From Ignavibacteriales bacterium (GTDB lineage: Bacteria > Bacteroidota > Ignavibacteria > T3Sed10-11), in NCBI GenBank assembly GCA_003567775.1, contig PWYR01000073.1:1-51638 (forward strand): DNA of 51,638 nt, read 5' to 3'. Below are positions 18,856 through 27,398 of the stretch, one piece after another. The notes under the pieces are model-generated. The model made no database searches and had not been told where the DNA came from. It worked only from the letters and a program-made list of their open reading frames with translations. The stretch's first letter is position 1, and every line of letters begins with the position of its first letter. A program made the translations under genes and the position numbers.

Positions 18856-19650
18856 ATGGAGATTCTTCCGACTATCATGGGTATCGGCGTTGCGTTTGCC
18901 GTTATCTTATTAGCAAATGCGATACGTATTCTTCGAGAATACGAACGGGGTGTTATCTTTCGACTTGGCCGTCTCATTCAGGTCAAGGGTCCCGGTCTTA
19001 TCCTCTTAATCCCCATAATCGATAAGATGGTCCGCGTCAGCTTACGAACAATCGTCATGGATGTTCCGACACAGGATATCATCACGCGGGATAACGTATC
19101 GGTCAAAGTAAATGCAGTTTTATATTTCCGGGTTATTCAGCCCGATAAAGCGGTGGTCTCGGTTGAAAACTATCTAATGGCTACCTCACAACTGTCTCAA
19201 ACCACGTTACGAAGCATACTCGGTCAATCCGAGCTTGATGAATTGCTTGCCGAGCGCGACAAAATAAATCGCGCTCTTCAACAAATCATCGACCATCAAA
19301 CCGAACCATGGGGTATAAAAGTAACTGCCGTCGAAGTTAAGCATGTGGACCTCCCGGTTGAAATGCAGCGCGCAATGGCGCGTCAGGCAGAGGCGGAGCG
19401 TGAACGACGGTCGAAAATCATTCGAGCCGAAGGTGAGTATCAAGCAGCTCAGCGTTTATATGATGCGGCAAAAATTATTAGTGTATATCCGGTCGCATTT
19501 CAATTACGCTATCTGCAGACTCTCGGTGATATAGCAAGTGAGAATAATTCGACCACACTGTTCCCTATCCCCATCGATCTGTTCAAACCGTTTATCGAGT
19601 CATACGAAAAAAAGGGTTCTTCGTCTTCAACACGTAGCCGAAAGAAATAA
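18856..19650 (+). CDS. SPFH/stomatin-like (slipin) protein
   Basis: [41 protein letters not shown] and QLRYLQTL. Confidence 0.95.
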   Translation: MEILPTIMGIGVAFAVILLANAIRILREYERGVIFRLGRLIQVKGPGLILLIPIIDKMVRVSLRTIVMDVPTQDIITRDNVSVKVNAVLYFRVIQPDKAVVSVENYLMATSQLSQTTLRSILGQSELDELLAERDKINRALQQIIDHQTEPWGIKVTAVEVKHVDLPVEMQRAMARQAEAERERRSKIIRAEGEYQAAQRLYDAAKIISVYPVAFQLRYLQTLGDIASENNSTTLFPIPIDLFKPFIESYEKKGSSSSTRSRKK

Positions 19651-19746
19651 TCGCAACATCGTAATGTTCATACTACCCCTGTTTCTCGTCTCAAATCGCG
19701 CATATCGACGGTATACAGGGGATTTTTATATTTTTTAAAAATCCCC

Positions 19747-19775
19747 TTGATTTTCGGCAAATCGAATTGTATATT
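19747..19775 (+). promoter_or_regulatory. Putative promoter of the cold-shock gene
   Basis: TTGATT-N17-TATATT. Confidence 0.6.
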
Positions 19776-19851
19776 CGCCTGTAAACTCACAACCCCCTAT
19801 ACCCGTAACCGGGAGGGTATTTCTGTAAATATTTATGAGGTACATTGTATT

Positions 19852-20067
19852 ATGGAGCGTGGTACTGTAAAATGGTTCAACAATGCCAAGGGATACGGTT
19901 TCATAAAGAAATCGTCGGGGGAAGATGTTTTCGTCCATTATAAAACGATTAATGGAGAAGGGTATCGAACCCTGCATGAAGGCGAAACGGTAGAGTTTGA
20001 TTTTGAGGAAGGACCAAAAGGGCTTCACGCAACAAATGTTGTCAAGGTCACACAAGCAGCAAGTTGA
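19852..20067 (+). CDS. Cold-shock protein (CspA family)
   Basis: [15 protein letters not shown] (RNP1) and DVFVHY (RNP2). 71 aa from ATG 19852. Confidence 0.95.
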   Translation: MERGTVKWFNNAKGYGFIKKSSGEDVFVHYKTINGEGYRTLHEGETVEFDFEEGPKGLHATNVVKVTQAAS

Positions 20068-20081
20068 ACCATTCGTCACAG

Positions 20082-20115
20082 AAAAGCCCTCAGTGTATGG
20101 TGAGGGCTTTTTTTT
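20082..20115. terminator. Bidirectional intrinsic terminator
   Basis: AAAAGCCCTCA-gtgtatgg-TGAGGGCTTTTTTTT between convergent genes. Confidence 0.85.
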
Positions 20116-20518
20116 AATTTCTGTGTTGTTGCACCCAATTTTTTACATAATCTACAATGATAAGCGTCGAAGCGCCAGGTGTAAATATCTCACCCACCCC
20201 CACCTCTTTAAGTCTCTTCACATCCTTATCCGGTATAATTCCACCACCAAATAATAAAACATCGTTCATATTATTTTTTTTCATCAACTCTAACACTTTT
20301 GTAAACACCGTCATATGGGCGCCGCTCAGTATGCTGAGGCCGATCGCATCGACATCCTCCTGCAATGCAGCTTCGACAATCATTTCCGGTGTTTTACGGA
20401 TACCGGTGTAAATCACTTCCATACCTGCATCTCGCAATGCTGCGGCGACTACTTTTGCACCGCGATCGTGTCCGTCAAGACCCGCTTTTCCAACAAGCAC
20501 CCGTATTTTTCTATCCAT
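20114..20518 (-). CDS. Cobalamin-binding small subunit of an acyl-CoA mutase (methylmalonyl-CoA mutase C-terminal domain)
   Basis: [10 protein letters not shown] (DxHxxG), [16 protein letters not shown] and IFTPG. Confidence 0.93.
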   Translation of the reverse strand: MDRKIRVLVGKAGLDGHDRGAKVVAAALRDAGMEVIYTGIRKTPEMIVEAALQEDVDAIGLSILSGAHMTVFTKVLELMKKNNMNDVLLFGGGIIPDKDVKRLKEVGVGEIFTPGASTLIIVDYVKNWVQQHRN

Positions 20519-20542
20519 AAGATTTTATCCCGTTCTAAGTTT

Positions 20543-21130
20543 CTATTGAATATTTTTTATACATCGTTTCAGATCCTGATAAACCTTAGCGAGCGGCAAT
20601 CCAACCACGTTATAATAACATCCTTCTATTCTGTTTACAAACACAGCGCCGAAATCGTCTTGTATGCCATAAGATCCGGCTTTATCCAATGGAGAACCGG
20701 ATACAACATACACATCGATTTCTTCCGGGTCGAGGTCGCGAAACCAAACCCGCGTCATTTCATAATCGGTTATTTCCCGATCCGATGGTCGATCAAAAAT
20801 TGTATATCCTGTGATTACCTCGTGCATCCGCCCGCTCAAAATTTTAAGCATATCGGCTGCCTGACCTGCATTTTTTGGTTTCCCCAATATTTGCTTATCA
20901 AGCAATACTATAGTATCTGCCGCTAATATAATTGCATTATCCATCGATACTGCCACGACATTTGCCTTTTTAGAAGACATCTCCATAGCAAATGTAACAG
21001 GTTCACGCCCATTGTATTGCTCATCGACATCGGCGGTTTTTAATTGAAACGGCAATCCTACCTGCCGTAAGAGATGTGCTCGTCGAGGCGATGTCGACGC
21101 AAGTATGAGAGTTTTCGGCAAATGCACCAT
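20543..21130 (-). CDS. maf: Maf-family nucleoside triphosphate pyrophosphatase
   Basis: LILASTSPRR, ADTIV, GKP, DKAGSYGIQ and NVVGLP. Confidence 0.95.
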   Translation of the reverse strand: MVHLPKTLILASTSPRRAHLLRQVGLPFQLKTADVDEQYNGREPVTFAMEMSSKKANVVAVSMDNAIILAADTIVLLDKQILGKPKNAGQAADMLKILSGRMHEVITGYTIFDRPSDREITDYEMTRVWFRDLDPEEIDVYVVSGSPLDKAGSYGIQDDFGAVFVNRIEGCYYNVVGLPLAKVYQDLKRCIKNIQ

Positions 21131-21144
21131 ATACTACATATCAT

Positions 21145-21180
21145 AAAAAAAGCGATACACAGACATCCGGGTATCGCTTT
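21145..21180 (-). terminator. Intrinsic terminator
   Basis: AAAGCGATAC...GTATCGCTTT, followed by a U-tract on the minus strand. Confidence 0.7.
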
Positions 21181-21215
21181 ATGGTATAAAAAATATATCT
21201 ATACTATCATAGAAA

Positions 21216-21623
21216 TTAACGAAACATAGATTTAATACTTCCCCAGGTCCGTCGAACACTGCTGATCTTACCGAGAGGAACGGAATCGGAATAGTACACA
21301 CTTCCATTTTCTTCAACGATCGCAATCCGATAAAACACAACCGCATTTTCCTGTTTGTATACTGTTCTGTCGATGAACTCGTAGTGTCGAGATTCCTCCA
21401 CAGCTATAGGCCGATCGTTAATTCGCGTGTAGTTTTCCTGATCTATCGCTCTTCGTTCAACATTAAAATGCTGTACACCGGTTTGCTCAATCATTTCCCA
21501 CGAAATTCTGATATCCCTTCCTTCGGTGGAAATCGATAAATTAGTTAATCGTGAACCCGCGATCGTGACTATAATAATAAGTAATGTGGTTAATAATACT
21601 GTAATGGGTCTCATTAATTTCAC
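21216..21623 (-). CDS. Small exported protein, Ig/FN3-like beta-sandwich, with C-terminal TWGSIK motif
   Basis: N-terminal signal peptide, ISW...FNVERR...YEFID...FYRI pattern, ends SVRRTWGSIKSMFR. Confidence 0.7.
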   Translation of the reverse strand: MKLMRPITVLLTTLLIIIVTIAGSRLTNLSISTEGRDIRISWEMIEQTGVQHFNVERRAIDQENYTRINDRPIAVEESRHYEFIDRTVYKQENAVVFYRIAIVEENGSVYYSDSVPLGKISSVRRTWGSIKSMFR

Positions 21624-21733
21624 AATATCTGATACATAATCGGTAGTGACTACAATCTTGCCATTTATAGTCCTTTAAATATAGACACATATTTTATAAA
21701 AATCAACAACCGGACCGGTTCGAGAGATAATAT

Positions 21734-21768
21734 AAAAACCCCATCTTCTATTTCTGAAAATGGGGTCT
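21734..21768 (-). terminator. Intrinsic terminator after the TPR gene
   Basis: ACCCCAT...ATGGGGT stem followed by TTTT on the minus strand. Confidence 0.6.
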
Positions 21769-21806
21769 AATTTATAACAACGTAAAAACATAGCCGAAAA
21801 TAAGAA

Positions 21807-22790
21807 TTATCTTCTCAATTCTTCCAGCTCATATTCGGCATTTCGCCTATATCTTGGATCTTTGGCTGCTTCCTCAAAAGCCCTGATTGCCTCCCGTGTT
21901 CTGCCCTGATTACGAAGAGCTACGCCGAGTTCGAAATACTCGCCGCCTTTCTGTCCTCTCTGCTTATATTCAATAGCGCTTCGAGCATGTTCTTCGGCTC
22001 GTTGATATTCACCGAGCCGGTTAAGGGAAAGCGCAAGTAACAGATGCGCCTGGCTGTGCCGGGGGCTCACTTCGATAGCATTTTCTAAAAGTGAAACTGC
22101 ATCACGAGCTCTACCGCGGTTAATTGCTTCGTTGCCCTGGGCGGTATAGGCTGACGCCAGCCCGACACGCGCCTGCTGCATATTCGGTTCAAGCTCAAGG
22201 GCTTTTTGATATACTTCGATGGCATTATCATATTGCTGTAAACTTACATACGTTCCTCCCAATCCTGCATAAGCCACGGCATAGTCGGGATCGAGTTCAA
22301 TCGCGCTCTGAAAAGCTCCAACAGCTTCCGTTTCCTGATTATCACGTCGTAAAGCAATCGCAAGACGGTTATAATACCGTGGATCAGGACTTACCTCAAT
22401 CGCATTTCTATATTGGGTAATCGCACCGGAATAGTTTCCAGCACCAAATAATTGCTCACCCTGCCCCATATATGCACCGGCTAACCCGATATGCACTCTT
22501 TCCATATCAGCTCCGTGGTCAAGCGCATAATTAAATGCCCGGATAGAGTCCTCGAAACGCTGCATACGTAAAAGTGCAATCGCTTTTTGAAAGTAATAGC
22601 GATGATCTCGGACAATCTCCAGCGCTTCGTTGTATTTACTTACCGCTTCTGCTAAATTACCGGCACGTAAAAACGAATTCCCTTCATTGAAGAGTAGATC
22701 TGCCTGTACTTGTGGGTCGTCGTGTTCCTGTGCAAATCCTATTATGCTTATAGACAGCAAGAGCACCAGCAGTGTTGCTATTCTCTTCAT
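21807..22790 (-). CDS. Exported tetratricopeptide-repeat protein
   Basis: Signal peptide ending GFA-Q, then about 8 TPRs (e.g. AIEVYQKALELEP). GGAGG RBS before ATG 22790. Confidence 0.88.
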   Translation of the reverse strand: MKRIATLLVLLLSISIIGFAQEHDDPQVQADLLFNEGNSFLRAGNLAEAVSKYNEALEIVRDHRYYFQKAIALLRMQRFEDSIRAFNYALDHGADMERVHIGLAGAYMGQGEQLFGAGNYSGAITQYRNAIEVSPDPRYYNRLAIALRRDNQETEAVGAFQSAIELDPDYAVAYAGLGGTYVSLQQYDNAIEVYQKALELEPNMQQARVGLASAYTAQGNEAINRGRARDAVSLLENAIEVSPRHSQAHLLLALSLNRLGEYQRAEEHARSAIEYKQRGQKGGEYFELGVALRNQGRTREAIRAFEEAAKDPRYRRNAEYELEELRR

Positions 22791-22833
22791 TGGTATCACC
22801 CTCCATTTTATTGTTTTTGAGTATATTTAATTT

Positions 22834-22920
22834 TGGTGCGGAAGGGGGGACTTGAACCCCCATGCCCTTTCGAGCGCCACCCCCTCAAGATGGTGTGTCT
22901 ACCAATTCCACCACTTCCGC
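22834..22920 (-). tRNA. tRNA-Leu(GAG)
   Basis: Reverse complement GCGGAAG...CCATC-TT-GAG-GG-GGTGG, long variable arm, GGTTCAAGTCC, ends CTTCCGC-A-CCA. Confidence 0.95.
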
Positions 22921-22933
22921 AGGGATTACGTAG

Positions 22934-23006
22934 TGAGGCTGGATGGACTCGAACCATCGACCACCTGCTTAAAAGGCAGATGCTCTACCGACTGAGCTAC
23001 AGCCTC
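22934..23006 (-). tRNA. tRNA-Lys(TTT)
   Basis: Reverse complement GAGGCTG TAGCTCAGTCGGTAGAGC...CT-TTT-AA...GGTTCGAGTCC...CAGCCTC-A. CCA is not encoded. Confidence 0.95.
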
Positions 23007-23033
23007 ATTGTAGCGATAGAACATTAATCTTAC

Positions 23034-23062
23034 AAGATAAAAAACATCTGCCGGATTGTCAA
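23034..23062 (-). promoter_or_regulatory. Promoter of the tRNA-Lys/tRNA-Leu pair
   Basis: TTGACA-N17-TATCTT. Confidence 0.65.
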
Positions 23063-23064
23063 CT

Positions 23065-23337
23065 TTATGCTGTTGTATCGCTTTTACTCTTCATTTCTAC
23101 TCTTTGCCTGTATAGCAAAGCTACCGGAATAATTACACAGTATCCGATAACCAGCAATATGGGTGCAATTACTATCGGCATAGCTCCGTCGACCGATCCT
23201 TCTAACATAAACAAATAACCGATTATAATTATTCCTACACCAACAAGTAAAAGTATATAATTAACTTTTGTTAACGGGAGCGTTCGATCTCCCATCCGTC
23301 TACGTCTTGAGCTTTTCTTTTTAACGGGTCGCGCCAT
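23065..23337 (-). CDS. Small membrane protein, DUF3098-like
   Basis: NYILLLVG...IGYLFM...IAPILLVIGY; two TM helices after a basic N-terminus. Confidence 0.7.
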   Translation of the reverse strand: MARPVKKKSSRRRRMGDRTLPLTKVNYILLLVGVGIIIIGYLFMLEGSVDGAMPIVIAPILLVIGYCVIIPVALLYRQRVEMKSKSDTTA

Positions 23338-23378
23338 TGAATTGTTTCACCTTGTCAAATTTTATTACCCCTTAACAA

Positions 23379-23460
23379 TAAAAAGCCCAGCGTTGGGGGG
23401 GACGCCAGGCTTGACCTTGGTATTACAACAGTCAGGGGAGAAACTGTCGTAATGGTCAAC
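23379..23460 (-). ncRNA. Candidate ~80-nt small RNA (two hairpins with C-rich loops, then a U-tail)
   Basis: Two 11-bp stems that pair fully (using G-U) only on the minus strand, an upstream TTGACA-N16-TATATT, and a downstream U-tract. Confidence 0.65.
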
Positions 23461-23464
23461 TATA

Positions 23465-23492
23465 AATATATGTTTTTTCGAGAGAATGTCAA
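23465..23492 (-). promoter_or_regulatory. Promoter of the candidate sRNA
   Basis: TTGACA-N16-TATATT ending about 5 nt before the first stem. Confidence 0.6.
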
Positions 23493-23513
23493 TACATGGA
23501 GAAAAATATTTTA

Positions 23514-24215
23514 TTAATTTTTATCGTCGGAATTAGCGATTTTTCCATCAAGAAGGCGAATAATGCGATCCGCTTTTTTTGCTAATTCCAAATTATGTGT
23601 TACTATAAATAATGTAATCCCTATTTCGCCATTCAATTTCCAGAGTAAATTGTGTAATTGCTCTCCCCCGCTTCGATCAAGATTACCCGATGGTTCATCG
23701 GCAAATAAGATTTTCGGGTCATTAAGTAATGCTCTTGCAACCGCTACACGTTGCTGTTCACCACCGGATAACTCAGATGGAAAATGAGACATTCGCTCCG
23801 ACAGAGCCACCATATCGAGCAATTCCTTCGCTTTTTGCTCACTTTTTGAAAACGATTGTTTGTTAATCAAACCGGGAAGCAGAACATTTTCAAGCGCCGT
23901 AAATTCAGGCAAAAGGTGATGAAACTGGAAAACAAATCCAATTTCCCTGCTACGAAAACGAGCTAAGCGTTCATCGGAGAATGAAAAAATATTTTCTTCA
24001 CCATAGTATACTTCACCTTCATCCGGTCTGTCAAGCCCTCCCAGTATGTGAAGTAAAGTACTTTTTCCCGCACCGGAGGGACCGATAATAGCAATTGTTT
24101 CACTTTTTATTATATCGATAGATATACCTTTTAATACTTCGAGTGCGTCCCGCTTCGCCATTGCATAGCGTTTTTTTATATCGTGTGCCTGTAAAATATA
24201 TTCATTTTTTTTCAT
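23514..24215 (-). CDS. lolD: Lipoprotein-releasing ABC transporter ATPase
   Basis: GPSGAGKST, GFVFQFHHLLPEFTALENV, LSGGEQQRVAVARAL and ADEPSGNLD. AAGGA RBS favours ATG 24215 (alternative 24233). Confidence 0.92.
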   Translation of the reverse strand: MKKNEYILQAHDIKKRYAMAKRDALEVLKGISIDIIKSETIAIIGPSGAGKSTLLHILGGLDRPDEGEVYYGEENIFSFSDERLARFRSREIGFVFQFHHLLPEFTALENVLLPGLINKQSFSKSEQKAKELLDMVALSERMSHFPSELSGGEQQRVAVARALLNDPKILFADEPSGNLDRSGGEQLHNLLWKLNGEIGITLFIVTHNLELAKKADRIIRLLDGKIANSDDKN

Positions 24216-24236
24216 TACAATCCTTTGATACATTCA

Positions 24237-25514
24237 TTATTCCCATCGTACCGCTTGCGCCGGCAGAATCTCCGATGCACGTTTCGCCGGGTATAACGCG
24301 GCAAGCGAAGATAATAGCAGCGCAGCTCCGCCGACGGCAAAAAAATCAAGCATCCGTATTTCAACCGGTAATGCGGGTATGATATAAACTGTCGGGTCGA
24401 GCGAAAAAAGATGATATCGAATTTGCAAATAACATACGATGTATCCAATGATGCTGCCAAGGATCGATCCGATTAACCCCACGAATACTCCTTCGAATAA
24501 GTAGATACGAACTACCTCGCGTTTGGTAGCACCCATTGCTTTCAATACACCAATATCTCGTGTCTTTTCAATAACCGACATCGTCAACGATCCGAGAATG
24601 TTAAAGGTTGCAACCGCGATAATTAGCGACAAAATAATATATGCCGCCCATCGTTCGATTTCCATAACCGAATAAAGATCGCGGTGCAGATCGTACCAGG
24701 TATTGACCTTGTATTCATCTCCAAGCTTACTTTGAAGATCATATTTTACACTATCGGATTGTCTGAAATTATGTAATCTAACCTCGACCCCGTTTATCTG
24801 TCCCCTTAAATTATACAAACTATTTGCACTCTGTAATGAAACAAACGCATAATTCGCATCATAATCCTGATTCATCGATTCATAAATCCCTGTTACAATA
24901 TACCGTCGAAGAATCGGCTGACCGAACCGTAAAAGCGCTGCTTCCATTCCCTGCGGACTGATAACAGTTACCGTATCGTCCATTACGACATTTAATCGAT
25001 CGGCAAGCCCTATTCCCACAACAATACCATCGGAACCGTCGGGAAGTTCAAGCTGTAAGGAGCCGAGAACTATCGATTCTTCGACGCCGGACACGTCTGC
25101 AATTTTTTCTGGATCCATACCACGGATGTTTATTATCCTATTTATATTTTGAACAATAATCATTGCCCTGCCCCCGATAACAGGTGAGTATGCCTCGACG
25201 CGTTCGTCAACTTCTACTGCCGCAGTAACCCGATCATAATCCTGTAAAGCGATTCCTCTTTCCGGTTCGATGCGGAGATGGGGATCAAAACCGACCAGAA
25301 TATCGGTTACAAGACTATTAAAGCCGTTGAACACCGAAAGTACAATTATAAGCGCCGCGACACCAACAGTGATACCGATGATCGAAATAAGCGAAATAAT
25401 TGTGATGAATCGAATTCTTCTTTTAAAAATACCGATCCCGAGATCGATGCCTTCCGACCTGCCGGACCGGTGAGAAAATAGATATCGACTCGCTATGAAA
25501 CGTTCAAATTTCAT
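24237..25514 (-). CDS. LolC/E-family lipoprotein-releasing ABC permease
   Basis: FIASRYL, GVAALIIVLSVFNGF, EKTRDIGVLKAMGA and YPAKRAS. Confidence 0.9.
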   Translation of the reverse strand: MKFERFIASRYLFSHRSGRSEGIDLGIGIFKRRIRFITIISLISIIGITVGVAALIIVLSVFNGFNSLVTDILVGFDPHLRIEPERGIALQDYDRVTAAVEVDERVEAYSPVIGGRAMIIVQNINRIINIRGMDPEKIADVSGVEESIVLGSLQLELPDGSDGIVVGIGLADRLNVVMDDTVTVISPQGMEAALLRFGQPILRRYIVTGIYESMNQDYDANYAFVSLQSANSLYNLRGQINGVEVRLHNFRQSDSVKYDLQSKLGDEYKVNTWYDLHRDLYSVMEIERWAAYIILSLIIAVATFNILGSLTMSVIEKTRDIGVLKAMGATKREVVRIYLFEGVFVGLIGSILGSIIGYIVCYLQIRYHLFSLDPTVYIIPALPVEIRMLDFFAVGGAALLLSSLAALYPAKRASEILPAQAVRWE

Positions 25515-26734
25515 TATGCAAACCTTATCGCCTTAACAGGATCAAGCCGACTTGCAAGATGTGCCGGGACGAATGTACAGATAAAACACATTAAAAGAGC
25601 AACTACCGATACAATCAAATAATGCAACGGCTCAAGTGCAATTGGCACATAGTTCATATAATAAATCTCGCCGGGAAGAGATATAATTTTGAAACTATAT
25701 TGTATATAGCAAAGCATAAATCCGAACAGATTGCCGATAATGATTCCAATTCCTCCGATGATCATACCATCAATTATAAATATTTTTCCGATGCTTCCGT
25801 GAGTCATGCCGAGAGCTTTCAAAGTACCTATCTGCCTTGTTTTCTCCATAACCAGCATCAACATAGTACCGATGATATTAACCGAAGCAACCAGTATGAT
25901 CAGGCCCAGTATCAATGGGATGGGTTTTTTTTGCAGTTCAATCCAGGTAAATAAATGGCGGTACATCTGATACATCGTCCGTGGATAGTGCGGGTAACGA
26001 AGCACATCGAGAAGCCCCTCAGAAATATCATTAATACGTCCAACATCATATACCATAATATCATAGCCGGTTACTGCCATATCCATTCGTAGCATTCGTT
26101 GTGCTGCTGATAGACTAACAAATACATAGATATCGTCATATTCAGCCATACCGGTTTCATATATACCCGTAACAATAAACTGTGCCGCCCGGGCAAAACC
26201 GATTACGGTCCCTTCAGCCTGTTCAAGCGCAAAGATTGTCACCCGGTCGCCGGGTTCGACAACGAGTAACCGAGCGAGCTTCTCACCGATTATTATTCCT
26301 CCCCGGTTCGGTTCCTGTTCGGAAAGTTCGAATGAGCCGGCAATGATATAATCTTTTATCAACGTTTTATCGCTGTCGGCTTCTAAACCTTTCATCAATA
26401 TACCCTCGAAACCCTCCTGCGAACGAATCATTCCTTCACGCTGAATAAAAGGAGTAACCGCCTTTATCCCCACTGTTGCACGGAGGGTATTGAACGTGTG
26501 TTCATAATCTCGCAATGGCTGATTCTGGAATCCCGTTACCTGAATATGTGATGAGAATCCGACCAGTGTTCCCTCCAGTTTGTTTTCAAAACCGGTAATA
26601 ATCGAAAGAGAAACTATGAGTACGGTCGTTCCGATCGCAACACCGAGTATTGCGATGAATGTTATAAACGAAATGAAACCCGTCCGGTGCCGGGATGATA
26701 AATAGCGACGGGCTATAAAAAATTCATACGCCAT
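25514..26734 (-). CDS. LolC/E-family lipoprotein-releasing ABC permease
   Basis: FIARRYL, SIITGFE, EKTRQIGTLKALG and PAHLASRLDPVKAIR. Confidence 0.9.
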   Translation of the reverse strand: MAYEFFIARRYLSSRHRTGFISFITFIAILGVAIGTTVLIVSLSIITGFENKLEGTLVGFSSHIQVTGFQNQPLRDYEHTFNTLRATVGIKAVTPFIQREGMIRSQEGFEGILMKGLEADSDKTLIKDYIIAGSFELSEQEPNRGGIIIGEKLARLLVVEPGDRVTIFALEQAEGTVIGFARAAQFIVTGIYETGMAEYDDIYVFVSLSAAQRMLRMDMAVTGYDIMVYDVGRINDISEGLLDVLRYPHYPRTMYQMYRHLFTWIELQKKPIPLILGLIILVASVNIIGTMLMLVMEKTRQIGTLKALGMTHGSIGKIFIIDGMIIGGIGIIIGNLFGFMLCYIQYSFKIISLPGEIYYMNYVPIALEPLHYLIVSVVALLMCFICTFVPAHLASRLDPVKAIRFA

Positions 26735-26743
26735 AATTGTACA

Positions 26744-27394
26744 TCAATGAGAATGGCCGAGCATAAGAATAATACCGGCCGTTAATGCAATAATTAATCC
26801 CGCGATTGAGTGTGTATACCGTTCGAGCGACTTAAGATTAACGAATGATGCGCCCATCCAGGCAAAATACACAAGCACCATCATAACAATTACGGTTACC
26901 AATGAAAAAATCGCACCGATAACGACAACACCTAACCAGCTCTCGCCTACCGCTAAAAACATTAACGGAATAAGCGGCTCGCACGGACCGAGAAAAAATA
27001 CGGCAAAAACCGTCCAGATGGTAACTGTTTTCTTTGCACTCAGCTTTTCGTCAATATCGTGCGAGTGACTATGGGGTTTTCGGGCATGTTTTAATCCCCA
27101 AAGTGCATATGCAACTCCAAAACCGATTAACAGCCAAATAGCCATATGATGCCGCCAATGTTCGAAACCTTCGATCATCGTTGCCACACCGAGCGCTATT
27201 CCGATAGCGCCGAGCAGTAAGGAAGAACCGACATGTCCGAGTGCACCGGCAAATGTTATCAACATCAATCTGCCCTTTGTCCAATTTCGCGCTCTGCCCA
27301 GCATTACGAACGGCATCCAGTGATCGGGAGCTAATGCATGAAAAAATGCGATCGAGAAAGAAGCCCCCATTAATGCAATAAAACTTTCACTCAT
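26744..27394 (-). CDS. His-rich membrane protein, Ni/Co transporter (UreH/RcnA-like) superfamily
   Basis: HALAPDHW, GH in TM2, an HSHSHD loop and GPCEP. Confidence 0.75.
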   Translation of the reverse strand: MSESFIALMGASFSIAFFHALAPDHWMPFVMLGRARNWTKGRLMLITFAGALGHVGSSLLLGAIGIALGVATMIEGFEHWRHHMAIWLLIGFGVAYALWGLKHARKPHSHSHDIDEKLSAKKTVTIWTVFAVFFLGPCEPLIPLMFLAVGESWLGVVVIGAIFSLVTVIVMMVLVYFAWMGASFVNLKSLERYTHSIAGLIIALTAGIILMLGHSH

Positions 27395-27398
27395 AATT

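Noticed and set aside
19747-19851. Long N-terminal extension of the cold-shock protein
   Set aside because: The TTG start is the -35 box. ATG 19852 gives a canonical 71-aa Csp.
21650-21664. Four-codon upstream ORF (MARL) before the TWGSIK gene
   Set aside because: Its AAGGA overlaps the predicted transcription start, and it is too short to tell from chance.
17410-23027. ORFs overlapping the tRNAs, and tRNAs as possible integration sites
   Set aside because: The ORFs are explained by the tRNA genes. I saw no integrase, duplicated tRNA 3' end or foreign cargo.
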